This document shows, piece by piece, positions 28,186 through 40,110 of a DNA stretch of 64,000 nucleotides; positions within the stretch are counted from its first letter, which is position 1; every line of letters begins with the position of its first letter. The position numbers and the translations under genes are program-made. The notes below the pieces were generated by a model, which worked only from the letters and a program-made list of their open reading frames with translations, was not told the origin of the DNA and searched no databases. Source of the stretch: Phoronis australis (taxonomy: Eukaryota > Animalia > Phoronida); NCBI GenBank assembly GCA_002633005.1, contig NMRA01000516.1, positions 219,549-283,548 of the forward strand. The letters are read 5' to 3'.

Positions 28186-28786
28186 CTAGGTTTCAAAACC
28201 CTGCTCGCCAGCTGGGCGAGTGAGCTAGAAAATCCACTCGCCCAGCCCGAAGTTCAGTTGCCCGGCCATTTGTGTCTGTCACCATGAACTTGCTGCCGTG
28301 TCAATAAACATCATCGTTTCGTGCGTTGATGTCACCTGCTATTAGGGCTACAGTATTCGCCCTAATAAGCGCCCACGGTGCTTAGAAAAATTCGTTTCGA
28401 AAGGGGGTGCTTGTTTTAGCCTAAGGCGATTGAAAACCGGTCACCAAAACAGGTGAAATCGGAAGATAGGATTCATCAAATTCACGCCCTGTGACGTATC
28501 TCTAGACGAATAGCGTAATGGTTGACATCTTCTGAATCGGTTGGATTGCACTGCTCCGATGTTTTTTCTGCCGAGCATGGATGCGCTGACCAAATTGAAC
28601 CTTAAATTCATGATAAAAACAGCACAAGGAGGAGAAAATTTATTCATGTTCATCTGGAAAACAATATAGTGCTTTTGTAGTCTGAAAATTTGCTCGCCAC
28701 CTGGGCGACCGGCAAGTCAACTTCTACTCAGCCAGCACCATTTTTACTAGCATTGGCAACTTGGGCGAGTGGTTAAGTATATCCCT
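28186..28786 (+). mobile_element. Internally deleted copy of the 41901-43594 composite element
   Basis: Same ends. The junction GTGACGTATC|TCTAGACGAA lacks ~1.1 kb that is present in the other copy. Confidence 0.6.
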
Positions 28787-29982
28787 ATACCACTGTGTGT
28801 GTTCAATGCTGACAGACCCGAAATTGCAAACAGCCAGGGTAGTTCTGCTCGTCACCTCACCGTGAAACTTGTACCAACATTTAGAGCTAAAGACCGGACG
28901 GGGTGCATGCAAGATCTTTGAATCAACCGACGACTCACTTTGACCGTTACAACTGTTTAAGTGAAAAACAAACAATCTAATAAACGTCATTTTCTTGTGT
29001 AATTCTTTGTCTTTTGTAACAATGAAAAGTATTTTGTTGTTTTGAAAACAGTATGCTTGTGTCACATGCACATCTCTTGGGAGATGATGACAGCTTCGCA
29101 ACAGCAAAATTGATTCTGCATTAAAACACTTAAAATTTGTAACTAAATGAAACCACTTCCGATAATTTGTTGTGACATCTATGCAACCCAGTAATGGTAC
29201 AAAAATCCACGAAAAAAACTGGCCAATAGGTGACGCAATATTTCATGGCACCGAAAGCCGACACTAAAAATCGCTCCACAACTTTAGCAGCAGAATAAAG
29301 GTAGAACGCCATTTTTACAACACCGTTAAATAATTTAGTTTACTAAAAGAGGACTGTAGTTTTTAATGACACTAATTTTGTGTCAGATTTTACCTGGCCA
29401 GTCTTTTACCCACATCGGCGTAAAGCTATATATTTAGTATACAGCTTGTCGCCAAGGCTACGTCAAACCGTGACTTGGTCACAGCAAACAGTTCGTTGTC
29501 AGATCTGGGAGCTGGTTAAATAATGCTTGGCCTTCACGTGTAAAATTTCTCGCTTACACTGCCGGTCACCGCTGATATTCCTAGTCAACAACTTTTATAA
29601 TGCCCATTCAGAATGCCCTTTGTTTTCAGCGAATGAATTGGAAATGTAATCGCTAGCAGACCAGGTTCCCGTTCAGTAATGCTTGGACTTCGCTGAAAAG
29701 CAAGACTTCCCAAGATTACGTGAGATATTGCCGTGTATTTTAAATGAGGTCACGTGACTTTGGTTAGATTTTAGCTAGGAGCTAGCGTAGGTCTTAGCGT
29801 TACTGAACGCACGCCAGGCATGTCTATATATATATGTATGTGTGTGTAACAACACGTATTTTTAACTTTTTGGTGTTATCCAGATAGTGTACTTGGATAT
29901 TTTTTAAATTTCTTGTATTTTGCACATATTACTGTATTTATTACTGTAATTATGTATGATATCAAAAGAAGTAAAAAAACTA

Positions 29983-30086
29983 CCGTACTCGTTCGGGTTA
30001 CCGCCCATGCTCGGCTTGCTGCCCACCCCCTGGTTTTTACATTCCCAATTTATTAGGGCCCTGGGTGGTAACCCGGACGAGTACAG
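29983..30086. mobile_element. ~104-bp mini-MITE related to the 802-3192 element
   Basis: TA-CCGTACTCGTTCGGGTTACCGCCC ... GGGTGGTAACCCGGACGAGTACAG-TA. Confidence 0.7.
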
Positions 30087-32422
30087 TAAAATATAGTAAC
30101 AATCATACTATGGTTTGCAAAACTCTAAGCCTTGATGTAAACTAGTTTCTTCTCTCAAAGCCCAAAGTGATTTCAACTCCGCTTTCATTTTCGTGGAAAT
30201 AACGCTTTCTTCACGTCAATCCAATTTGTTGTGAAGGCAGTTGACACTGTTTCCCATGAGCAAATTAAGGAACCACGGTGGTTTACATGAGACGTCACAA
30301 CATCCTACATGGCACTGTGTCATAACAAGAATCCTACATTGACTCCCAGAATGGTCGAGATTGGGCAGCTTGACCAGTTTGCCTGCCTCCGGAAGTGCCG
30401 GCTTGGATTAAAGACCTCATGCTGTTGTGGTTAATTAAGTTGCCTCAAGCTACTGATTTTACTGTTCTTAGGTAATCAGACCCACCATAAACACACTGGG
30501 GGTGATGATTTTTTTAATTTCAGATTTGAAAGTTTTTAAATAGCACATGTGAATCGTTTATGAAAAGTAGACGTTGTTTGGTTTTTTGAATTTTTAAAAT
30601 CTCACAAGAAATGTGACTTTTAGCCTGTGAATTTTAACCAAATGTTGCCCAGAGCTTGCGCGTTGTTCTGTGCCTCATTAAGTCTGTAGGGTGTGCAACT
30701 TAATGGGCCAATTACCAAACCAGCAGAGAGCGTTGGATTTTGAGGTAGACCAAGTGTCGTCCTACAATTCTTGGCATGGTGTTTTTACAACAAATGCTTC
30801 TAAATGTTGGATTCATGCTAAAATAGTTTTGCAGCGCTTGCCCTTATGAAAATACCCAAGTGGCAATTCGTGACCTCGCCAAAATCCAAATCCCAATTTC
30901 AAAATCCATTTCGCATTCTTAAATTCCAGGTAGCAAAAATTTCCGGCTATTTTTATGCAACAAAATTGATTTTTAGATCATCGAGAGATTTTCAGGGTAT
31001 GTTCTTACCTGTGGCATTATATACTCCCATATTTCAGATTGCAAAATTAAGTTCTTACATGCATGTACCAGTGTACAGTGTTACCATTCTTCTTCAAATG
31101 CACTAGGGGCACATGTTTTAATGGGAACCAAAGCTGTGCCACTTGACATTCATATAAGGGTTTTGTAGATTTACAGTTCAAGGGTAGCGTCCCTTTCGCG
31201 ACTCCGATTTAGAAGAATTTATATAAAGGCTACTAGTAGTTGCCGATGTGAAAATGGAATGAGCAGTCTAATCAAAATGTGCATTCGAGTAGCAAAGTAC
31301 TCAATGTGTAATAGAGAAAGTATTCCTGGAAAAAATACCTGCGACTTTTGTTGGGCTGACAGGGATATTCCTGGAGTGCACCTTTGTGCCATTAGCGCAT
31401 TAAAAAATGAAAAGGTGCAAGTACAATGCAGCAGTGCACCTCCTGGGCGCATCTTTTGAAACAGAACACTCTTCAAAAAATTCAAGATTCTAGTCAACTT
31501 TCAGCCAGTCAGGTAAAACATAACTCTGTTCTTGTTTCAATTGCCCTTGGGGTTTCTGTTTCATATGTTACTCCTTTAATTCTGCTGGGCACAGACTTTT
31601 GAAAAATGGCACACTTTTTATCTTCAGGTGTACCCAAAGGGCACAGGTTCAAACCTGGTCAGGAATATCCCTGACTGACCTGCTATGTGATTGTCATCAA
31701 AGCCATTAATGTTGCAATCATATATTACTCTATGTGCAAACTCCCTGCAATTGTTCTCTGTCTAACTTTTGCAATACAAATGACTGAAAATGTCAAAAAA
31801 AATCTGCGAATCGTTGCCGCAGCCAAATGATGTTTTGATGCGCAGGAAGAAATCAGTACAAATTTTTACAACAAAAAAACGTACAACCTATGCTGTTAAC
31901 ATATTCAATGATTAGTTTTCCATAAAATGAAGAGCCCTAAAATAATTGTGACTCCGTGCAGGTTTCCATTATTGGTTGATTTGAGTTTGCTCTCTTGGGA
32001 CAGAATAAGTGCCATATAGGGGAAAAATAGGTCAGCCAAAAAACGCCATGCCTCAGGCTAATCTTACGCTAACAGTATTTGCATGCAAGTCACGAGAAAC
32101 CATGCATTGTTAACCCCAAAGTATCCAGCGAATTCTTTATTACATCAAAGACTTGATGGCACTGTCACGGATTGAATTGAGCTGGTCACTGTTCATGGAC
32201 TTAGCTGGACATGTTGGATGAGATAATGTGGACATAAGCCAGCACGTCTGTTTAGCATACGAGTTTCAAAATCAAAAAACAAATTTTTAAAGGCAAATTA
32301 CTTACATGACTGTTTTTAATAGTATCTGTCGGAATATTTAAAATCAATGCATTATAAGAGAAATTGGTGAATCGGTTTTCTTCGGCATCGCGGCTAAGGC
32401 ATTAACTTGTGAATCGACTAGA

Positions 32423-32446
32423 ATGATTTTACAGAAGCTTACTAAA
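32423..32446 (+). CDS. Candidate first coding exon of OVCA2 (MILQKLTK)
   Basis: ATG...AAA followed by GTAATT gives a phase-0 donor and a 98-nt intron before the microexon. Too short to confirm by similarity; the true first exon may lie further upstream. Confidence 0.25.
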
Positions 32447-32544
32447 GTAATTTCGGTCATGAATCATTCCGCCGAGGTTCCCACTTAAGTTTGTCTTATG
32501 TTCTGGTGATGTCTCTCTAATACTGACATTTTCTTTCATTTTAG

Positions 32545-32567
32545 ATTTTGTGCATCCATGGTTACAG
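32545..32567 (+). CDS. OVCA2: OVCA2/FSH1-family esterase, 23-nt microexon (ILCIHGYR)
   Basis: Branch-like TACTGAC, a pyrimidine tract and AG precede it; a GTACGT donor follows. It encodes ILCIHGY-AG, and this phase-2 end joins the 50559 exon to give HGYRQN, the N-terminal motif of FSH1/OVCA2. Confidence 0.88.
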
Positions 32568-33245
32568 GTACGTGAAATGAAGTCTTTACAATGGTAGTCT
32601 TATTTATTCTATCAACATTAAACTATAGATCATGATATTTTCTGCTACACAAATAACATTAAGATATGTAGTATTAACATCTTGTCCACTTATTAAATAT
32701 AACTTAAACAATTTTTTAGTTTTTACCACCTTTATGTAAATGGGAAATCTCTTTCTAGTGTTACCTAATTATGTTCTTGCTTTAATGAATGTTTACCTAT
32801 TATTTTCAGTCGCATAATCCATTTATTTGATTACCAAACAAAAGTGGTATGGCTGTTAGGGGTTAGCAATCAGTATTTAAAAATGTGTCACTTTTTTACC
32901 TAAATTTCTTGTTTGTCATTGTTGTTTGAACATAAAGATACCAAAAAATGGAACTCTGTACATTCTCTTCATAATAGGTAGTATTCGAAGCTGTATTTCA
33001 CCCTGTGTTCTGAGCTGGCTAACAAACTAAAATTGAATTGGACCGTTTACTTTCATAAGGCAAGTCTCCCAATATTCTTTACTATGTTGGTATTGAATTT
33101 TTGATTCTGATAAAACATATCAAAACGATTGGCAATTCAAGAAAACACTTCAGAGTTCATTTTGGTTGGACAACGTTGAAGTTCTGAATTCCAAAATGGT
33201 TCATGTATACATTGTATGTAACTAGCAGAAAACACAAATGGAATC

Positions 33246-33468
33246 GAGCCATGGTATAGAATATTATGAGAGTGATGTTATGAGATTAAGAGCCATGGTA
33301 TAGAATATTATGAGAGTGATGTTATGAGATTAAGAGCCATGGTATAGAATATTATGAGAGTGATGTTATGAGATTAAGAGCCATGGTATAGAATATTATG
33401 AGAGTGATGTTATGAGATTAAGAGCCATGGTATAGAATATTATGAGAGTGATGTTATGAGATTAAGAG
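33246..33468. repeat. Perfect 44-bp minisatellite, 5 copies
   Basis: GAGCCATGGTATAGAATATTATGAGAGTGATGTTATGAGATTAA. Confidence 0.95.
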
Positions 33469-33529
33469 GTCTAATTCAGTTTTTGTTTTTTAACATGCTA
33501 AGCAGGGTGAAATGCTGAGCTTTAACAAC

Positions 33530-34086
33530 TATAGACAGTGACCACAGTCTCTAGCTGGCCAGTAAAGACAGGAGCTTCATATGCCAGAAAGTTTTTGGCT
33601 CGTATGCCTCACACTGATTAAAACATCAGTCATGTTATATACCTTTTGCACAGTGGTTCTTTAGGAGGCCATTGATATCTTTAATTCCTTCCAACTCAGA
33701 CAAATACTCCCATTATCAAACTTTTTCGTCTAGCAGTCTTTTATTCATTCGGAAACTGGCCATATTTACACAGCGCACATCGGGATATGACGTCATACCA
33801 CCTGCTGTGCGCAGTGTTAAAAATGGCCAGATTCCGATATTGGGAACTGAATGAAGGAGTGCTCGAAGAAAAGGTTTGATAACAGGACTATTTGTTCGAG
33901 TTGGAAGGAATTAAAGACATTGACGGCCTCCTAAGGTATCCCTCTATGTGCAAAAGGTACTTATTACATGACTTTGATTATTTAATTAGTGTGGGGTATA
34001 ATTTGCCGAAAAGCTTCCAGCGTATGAAGTGACTATAGCAGCTCCACCATTTGTAGTTCAACTAGAAACGGTGGTCACAGTTTATA
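33530..34086. mobile_element. ~560-bp foldback (long imperfect palindrome) MITE
   Basis: Arms pair along their length (e.g. CTTTAATTCCTTCCAACTC / GAGTTGGAAGGAATTAAAG) around a central ATGACGTCAT at 33788-33797. Confidence 0.75.
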
Positions 34087-34874
34087 ACAACTACAGAGGC
34101 ATTAAATCCCATGCGTTAAATAAAGTCATATAGAGGGAAATTAATGCTCAAATTTGTACTTTAAAAGCTGTAGGCATGAACATCAGTGCTACAAACCATG
34201 AATTATAAGTAATTTTTCCCAAATTGGCTGCATGTTATCAGACTAGAGGTGAACACTCATTTACATTTTACAACAGGAACACTTTGTGTTAAGAGTTAAA
34301 TTAATATCACCATTATATGTTTTGTTTTGTTCGATCACATCTGCAATACATAAGACATACCCTATCTGTGAGTACTTGCAATACATCACCATTTCATGTT
34401 TTGAAGCATTGAATACGTCATTTTTGTTCTCCCATGTGCGTGAACAGTTGCACGTAGTGTTCTACAACTATCCTCACTGTGCAGTTTTGGGAGTTTACCA
34501 TGTTGAGTTGAGCTTAGCCGTGATGAGTTTCAATGAGTTCAACAATATTGATGATTGCCAGCAAGCCAGTGTGAGAAGAGCCCCATGTGGTTAAGTTGCT
34601 TGTGAGGCACTTGGGCTACAAAATCTTAACTTTAGGAATGGTATCAGTGAAACCTTATGTCAACACTCCAGCTCAACTCACTTCAGTAGAGTAAGGTATG
34701 AAACTCAACACTAGCCTTTAACTCGAGAGGTTTTGCATCTATAATGAACTTTCTGATGTGGATGTAAATCCAGTACTGTCTTGAAACCTACTGACATTTT
34801 ATGGAGCCATTCAAACTTATTAAGATATAAGTGCTGGTCCACCATGTTTTTGAACAGTTGTCAGTTATCAAAGG

Positions 34875-35168
34875 TTATATAAAATCTTTGCACAGTATGC
34901 AAGTCAAGCCTACTAGAGTGAACAGAGTTGTGATGGATGGAGAACTTCCCACGTTGGCGCTACTGCCCTCTGTTGTGTGCACAAGTGATTGAGTAACTGT
35001 CAATGTGGTCATCTTTTCTGTATTACCCTGTGGCTGTTTTGAGACTCTTTCTGTACTTGGCGAAGAGTGAAGACTTGTTGAAGTATCGGGTTCCTCAGCG
35101 GATTGAGTGGCTGTTTGCCCGGAATCTGGGATAGTTGTTGTCGCTGCTTGTTCAGTCATGGTGGTTGC
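34875..35168 (-). CDS. Reeler gene terminal exon A: Ser/Thr stalk + GPI-like hydrophobic tail
   Basis: ccttttatag acceptor, phase 0, open for 97 aa, from ATTMTEQAATTT to EGSSANVGSSPSITTLFTLVGLTCILCKDFI*. Would give a 264-aa protein. Confidence 0.78.
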   Translation of the reverse strand, partial: ATTMTEQAATTTIPDSGQTATQSAEEPDTSTSLHSSPSTERVSKQPQGNTEKMTTLTVTQSLVHTTEGSSANVGSSPSITTLFTLVGLTCILCKDFI

Positions 35169-35365
35169 CTATAAAAGGACATAATTATTACTTTTGATAA
35201 AAGATTGCAGATTTAGTGTTGTCACCAGTCTCAGTCTGCCGTCTTGTCAAGGAATGATTTTACTTCAAAAATGGTCAAGCTCCTGCTTTCTTTGTTTAGG
35301 TCAAAAAACATTTTTGGTTCTTGTCTATGATTTTTTTTAATTAAGAGTTAGTGGTACAGAATTTT

Positions 35366-35606
35366 TACTTGGCGAAATAAATTTCGCCAAGTATGTTGCT
35401 CTTCCACTAAGTTTTTTTTTTTGTTTGTTCGCACGATACAGGTCGCAATTTTCATCCGATCATCACGAAATTTACACACAACACGTACTTCCGGAAGTAC
35501 TGGAAGCCTATTGTTTTTCGTCAAAATCGGATCCAAGATGGCGGCTGTGGCGGCCATTTTGTTTCCATTTAAAGGTTCAAATGCTTCTGGAGGCTACAAC
35601 TTTTTA
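35366..35606 (-). mobile_element. Terminal part of a HINE-like copy with a perfect hairpin, cut by the N at 35607
   Basis: TACTTGGCGAAAT-AA-ATTTCGCCAAGTA, a 13-bp stem at 35366-35393, followed by the family core. Confidence 0.7.
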
Positions 35607-35944
35607 NTGGAAATCTGAGCCTGCTGTCTAATCTTAAAGTAGGTACTTGTAATAAAAAGAATCATAATGCCTTAACTGAAATTCATGTGGCCAGGCACTT
35701 TTTCTTTAAGTCACTGAGTGCATTTCTCAAAATGAGACGGGCTACATAGCAGAGCCCCTTAAAAAGTCTGTTATGTTGCAACGGTAAGTCTTGAATTAAG
35801 CAAGAGATACCTGTTAGGAAAATCTTTAAAGAGGCTTTCAAGCTGTTTTAAAATACAATAAAGACGTCACAGAGTTGCCACCTGGTATTCAACAACTTAA
35901 ACATGCCCAGTGTTCAAACATTACAAACTTATCACATTTTAGGT

Positions 35945-36181
35945 TCAAGAAATGAGTTTCCACTTAACACAACTCAAGACTAGCGAGAATGTCAGAGCAG
36001 GCACCATTGAGACGAATGCACGATTTCCCATGTATACGCTGCTGTTCTCTGTCCTGCCAATTATGGTCTGAACATTTGTTGACCTGGTCGCCTTATCTGA
36101 GTTACCCTGTTGTTCTGTTGTGCTCGTTTCAGTGCTTGCCCAAGATGCAACACTTGTTGGTGAAGCAGCTGCTGTTGGTGT
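35945..36181 (-). CDS. Reeler gene terminal exon B: Ser/Thr stalk + GPI-like hydrophobic tail
   Basis: gattttag acceptor, phase 0, open for 78 aa: TPTAAASPTSVASWASTETSTTEQQGNSDKATRSTNVQTIIGRTENSSVYMGNRAFVSMVPALTFSLVLSCVKWKLIS*. Would give a 245-aa protein. Confidence 0.72.
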   Translation of the reverse strand, partial: TPTAAASPTSVASWASTETSTTEQQGNSDKATRSTNVQTIIGRTENSSVYMGNRAFVSMVPALTFSLVLSCVKWKLIS

Positions 36182-36749
36182 CTAAAATCATAGCACATTG
36201 GTTTCGACTACCGACTCTCGCTTGTGAGGCTCAACTTCACAGTCCTCACTGGTTGCTGACTTTTAGAATTTCACTAATAGCCTTTAACGTTCGTGGATTT
36301 GACTACATAAAATGGAGTGAATGTGATGTGAATATGATCTGGGTCCTGATCGTTAACAATATCCAAACCCCCTGCACGTATGTCCATGTATATACAGCAT
36401 ACTATAAAGTCATAAGCTATCCTTTGAAGCTGACGTTAAAATGTTTGAATAATCAGAGATGCAAGCATAACGCAAAATCGTCGCAAGAGACCGTCCGGAG
36501 TTGGTATATGGTGCAACTCGGGATGGTCTGGGCTCAACAGAAAACTGTTCTACTGTGAGTCTACACCAATGTGATAAATGAGAGTACGTTCTATTTACTG
36601 TGTCAGCTACATGTATCATTAGCTCGTTTATGACACACAATGTGTGACTGGGCAAAGTTTTTTCAAATTCGTGTAGACAAGCCAGTGGAGCGCAAGACCT
36701 CTGAGGTCCATGTCAAATCCTCACGACAATTCCACATTATGGTGCAAAC

Positions 36750-36858
36750 AGAAAGTAGGCTGTCAGCCATAGAATGTAGGCTGTCAGCCATAGAATGTAG
36801 GCTGTCAGCCATAGAATGTAGGCTGTCAGCCATAGAGTGTAGGCTGTCCGGCATAGAA
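36750..36858. repeat. 21-bp minisatellite, ~5 copies
   Basis: TGTAGGCTGTCAGCCATAGAA. Confidence 0.9.
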
Positions 36859-36985
36859 GGTAAACAGATAAACATAACAGGCTGACAGACAATCATAACA
36901 GGCAGACTGACACACATAACAGGCAAACAGGCAACCATGAACAAGCACTTTGAAAAACGAATAAAAACAAAACAGGGTTTTATAT

Positions 36986-37190
36986 TCAAGAAATGGGTTT
37001 TCACTTAATGCAAGTCAAAGACTAGCGAGAATATCAAAGCAGGTACCGTTGATGCAAATGCAACAGTGCCCACATATAGGCCGTTGCCCTGTGTCTTGCC
37101 TAGGTTCTGAGCATCTGTTGACGTGGTTAGTGTTTCTGTGTTACCCTGTTGTTGCGTTATGGTCGTTTCAGTGCTTGGCGAAGACCCAAC
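36986..37190 (-). pseudogene. Reeler terminal exon C, 5'-truncated by the Gypsy LTR and degenerate at its 3' end
   Basis: Encodes VGSSPSTETTITQQQGNTETLTTSTDAQNLGKTQGNGLYVGTVAFASTVPALIFSLVFDLH*, colinear with exon B. Relative to B it has one extra T near the end and TGG changed to TGA. It abuts the LTR TG at 37191. Confidence 0.72.
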
Positions 37191-40110
37191 TGTTATCTAG
37201 GCATAATTAGTTATATTGATGTCTTTAGTAATTCCATGTGCTGTACTGGCGTAGTGGTTTACAAGTAGTTCCAATAAAGTAGTTCCTAACCATGTGCTTC
37301 AAGATGGCAGTCTTATTTTAATCTGTGTTACAGTTTTATTGAAGACGTAACATAATGGCGGCGAGAATTGGTTCATCGCAAAAGAGGACTTTGTGAAACT
37401 TTCGCCAAAATCTCAGTTGGAAAAATGCCAAATGAGAATGATAACTTATTTTGGTAAACAACTGAAATCGTTAGGGCTGAAATGAATGTCTGTGAAACTA
37501 AACAAAATGGAGAATATGTTGCCACTCTATGTGGTAGACAAAGGTAGCCCACCTTTATTTGGTTACGAATGGCTCAATTCTGTTTCCTGGCTGGAAAATG
37601 GCCTTCAAGACCACTAATGTCAACAAAGTGGTAAGTATCTAATGAGGATGCATTAAAGCTGTTTGGAGATTGTAGCGATGTTTTTAAAGACAAACTGGAA
37701 CTTTAAAGAGGCTTAGAGCCGCCCAAATTGTCATGAAACCACCAAACAGCAAGTCCACGTTTTGCAAGGCCAGGCAGGTGCCCTACTGTGAGAAATGCAG
37801 TAGATGCGGAGTTGGATAGTCTTATGGAATGCAGCACCTTAGAACCAGTCAAGCATAATGAATGGGCAACACATATGATCGTGGCCATTCCCAAATATCA
37901 GATAATCTGATGTAAGAATTTGTGGTGACTTTAAGGTTACCGTGAACCTGGTACACAAAGATGATATCTTGGCCACTCTGGAAGAAGGGAAACGCTTCAC
38001 TAAGTTGAACTTATGTAGCGCGTACTTCAAATGGAGGTTGAAGAAGAACATTGACATTTCCTGAATGTATATACACCCAATGGTTTGATGTGATACACAC
38101 AATTGGTCTTCTGGGGCTAGCATCTTTTCCATCACTTTGGCAACGTAATTGATTGAACAGGTGTTGCAAGGAATACCTGGAGTGCAAGTTATATTGGACG
38201 ATATGATTACCACTGGGAAATCTGACAAGGAACACTTACGAAACCTAAAGTCAGTTCTGGACAGACTGCGTGGGTATGGTTTGAAAGCTAATATGAAGAA
38301 ATGCAATATTTTTAAAGAGAAAATAGAATATTCTGATCACATCATAGACAAGGCACGTCTACACAAAACTTCGGAGAAAGTAGCCGCCGTCATCAACAGT
38401 CCGGAACCTACACATGTGAAATATTAATAAGTGAGATCATTTATCGGATATTTGATTTATTACGGGAAATTCATACCCAACCTCGCTACCATAATGCATA
38501 ATTGTTGCAAAGAGATGCTAAGTGGATTTGGTCAGAACAATGCAAGAATGTATTTGCAAAAATAAAACAAATTATTAGTTGAGATCAAGTATTGCCACAT
38601 TATGATTTGGCCCTGCCGATATAGTTGTTGTGTGATGCATCACCCCATGTGTATTATCCCATACGCTACAATCAGGGGAGAAGCGACGTATTGCCTTTGC
38701 CTCAAGATTGCTTAATATTTTGAAGCCAAGAAAAAATACTCTCAAATAGGTAAACAAGCATTAGGGCTCGTCTGGGGAATTGGGCGATTCTATGCGTATT
38801 TCTATGGGAGACACTTCACGCTGGTCACTGACCACCAACTGCTGCAAGGGAATCTCGATGACTACAGCTGTCAGACTCCAATGCTATGCATTATTTCTGA
38901 GTGGATACAATTATTTGATCGAAAACCGCAACATGAATCTACACCGAAATGCACACGGACTGTCTCGTATGTGTGTGGCTCTGGAAATGGACATTTCTCA
39001 TGAGGAAGAATTTGACATCGCAAACATATTTCAAGTTACACAAATTGAAAAGCTACCCTTCACAAGGGAAACTATCTGGCGAAGCACGCCTAGATAAAAC
39101 ACTGTCTTGTTTGTATGATGCAGCCATGCACGTCTGGGATGAAAACACGGAACCGTCACTTCAACCGTTTTTGATTCAAAAGAACGAACTGTCTACACCA
39201 GGGTTGCCTGATGTGGGGTTTTCCTTTCACTATCCAAGAAAGTCTGACAACATCGGTTCTCTAAAAAATTCATGAAGGACACATTGGTGTGAAAATGAAA
39301 GCGATTGCAAGGAGTTATGTTTGGTGACCAGGCATAGACTCTGAAGTTGAAATTTGGGCAAAATCATGTACAGGTTGTCAAGAATGCACTGCTCGAAGCA
39401 CCTGTGCACCCACACGAATTTCCCATGCAAAAATGGCAATTGGTTTAATATAGACTTTGTGGGACCTTTTATGAGATCTATGTTTTTAGTGGTCATAGAT
39501 TTGTGCTATAAGTGGCCGGAAGTAATTCCCATGAAAACCACTGTTGGTTAACCATGGTTATTTTAGCAGGAATGGCATTCCTGAACGTGTAGTTAGTGAT
39601 AACTGGCCACAATTCTTGTCTCAGCAGTTAAAGAACTCCATGTCAGCAAATGGGATTAAACAAACAACTTCCAGCGCCATATCACCCACAAACCAACAGA
39701 CAGATGGAAGGATAATTGTTCAATGCTTTAAACAAGGAATGAAATGTGCCAAACATGACCACCGGTCATTATGAGCCAAATGTAGGCAGATTCCTTTTAG
39801 CATAAGGAATGCCCCACAATCAACAAGAATGCCTGACTGCAAAAGGATACCATGATCGCATATTGTCTATAACAAAACTGGACCGCTTTCTTACAGGATC
39901 AAAGTGCAGCCTGGAGCCAACTTGTGATGTAGGCATGCTGACCAAATCATCACTAACTGTTACCCGTCAATCACCGCCAGAATACCGATAGCGACGGAAA
40001 CTCCGCCCAACAATCGCGGTGTAGACACACCCGGACACTTGCAATACACCGCGTGAGCGGCGCTATCCATCATATGTATGGAAGGCACCAGACATACTTT
40101 TAAGTGTCTC
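37191..40110 (+). mobile_element. Decayed Gypsy (Mag-clade-like) LTR retrotransposon; gag largely deleted, 3' LTR not found
   Basis: LTR TG...CA at 37191-37352 and PBS TGGCGGCGAG at 37356. Frameshifted pol relics: protease LYVVDKGSPTLFG.EWL, RT RICGDFKVTVN and ILDD, RNase H CDASP..IAFASR, integrase IDFVGPF..KWPEV and GIPERVVSDN.PQF. Confidence 0.9.

Noticed and set aside
33246-33468. Regular 34-44 bp repeats (also at 4077, 60443, 63768) as CRISPR arrays
   Set aside because: Head-to-tail units with no unique spacers, no cas genes, and a eukaryotic context.
35989-36558. 189-aa + strand ORF
   Set aside because: Antisense shadow of Reeler exon B plus intron; no recognisable motifs.
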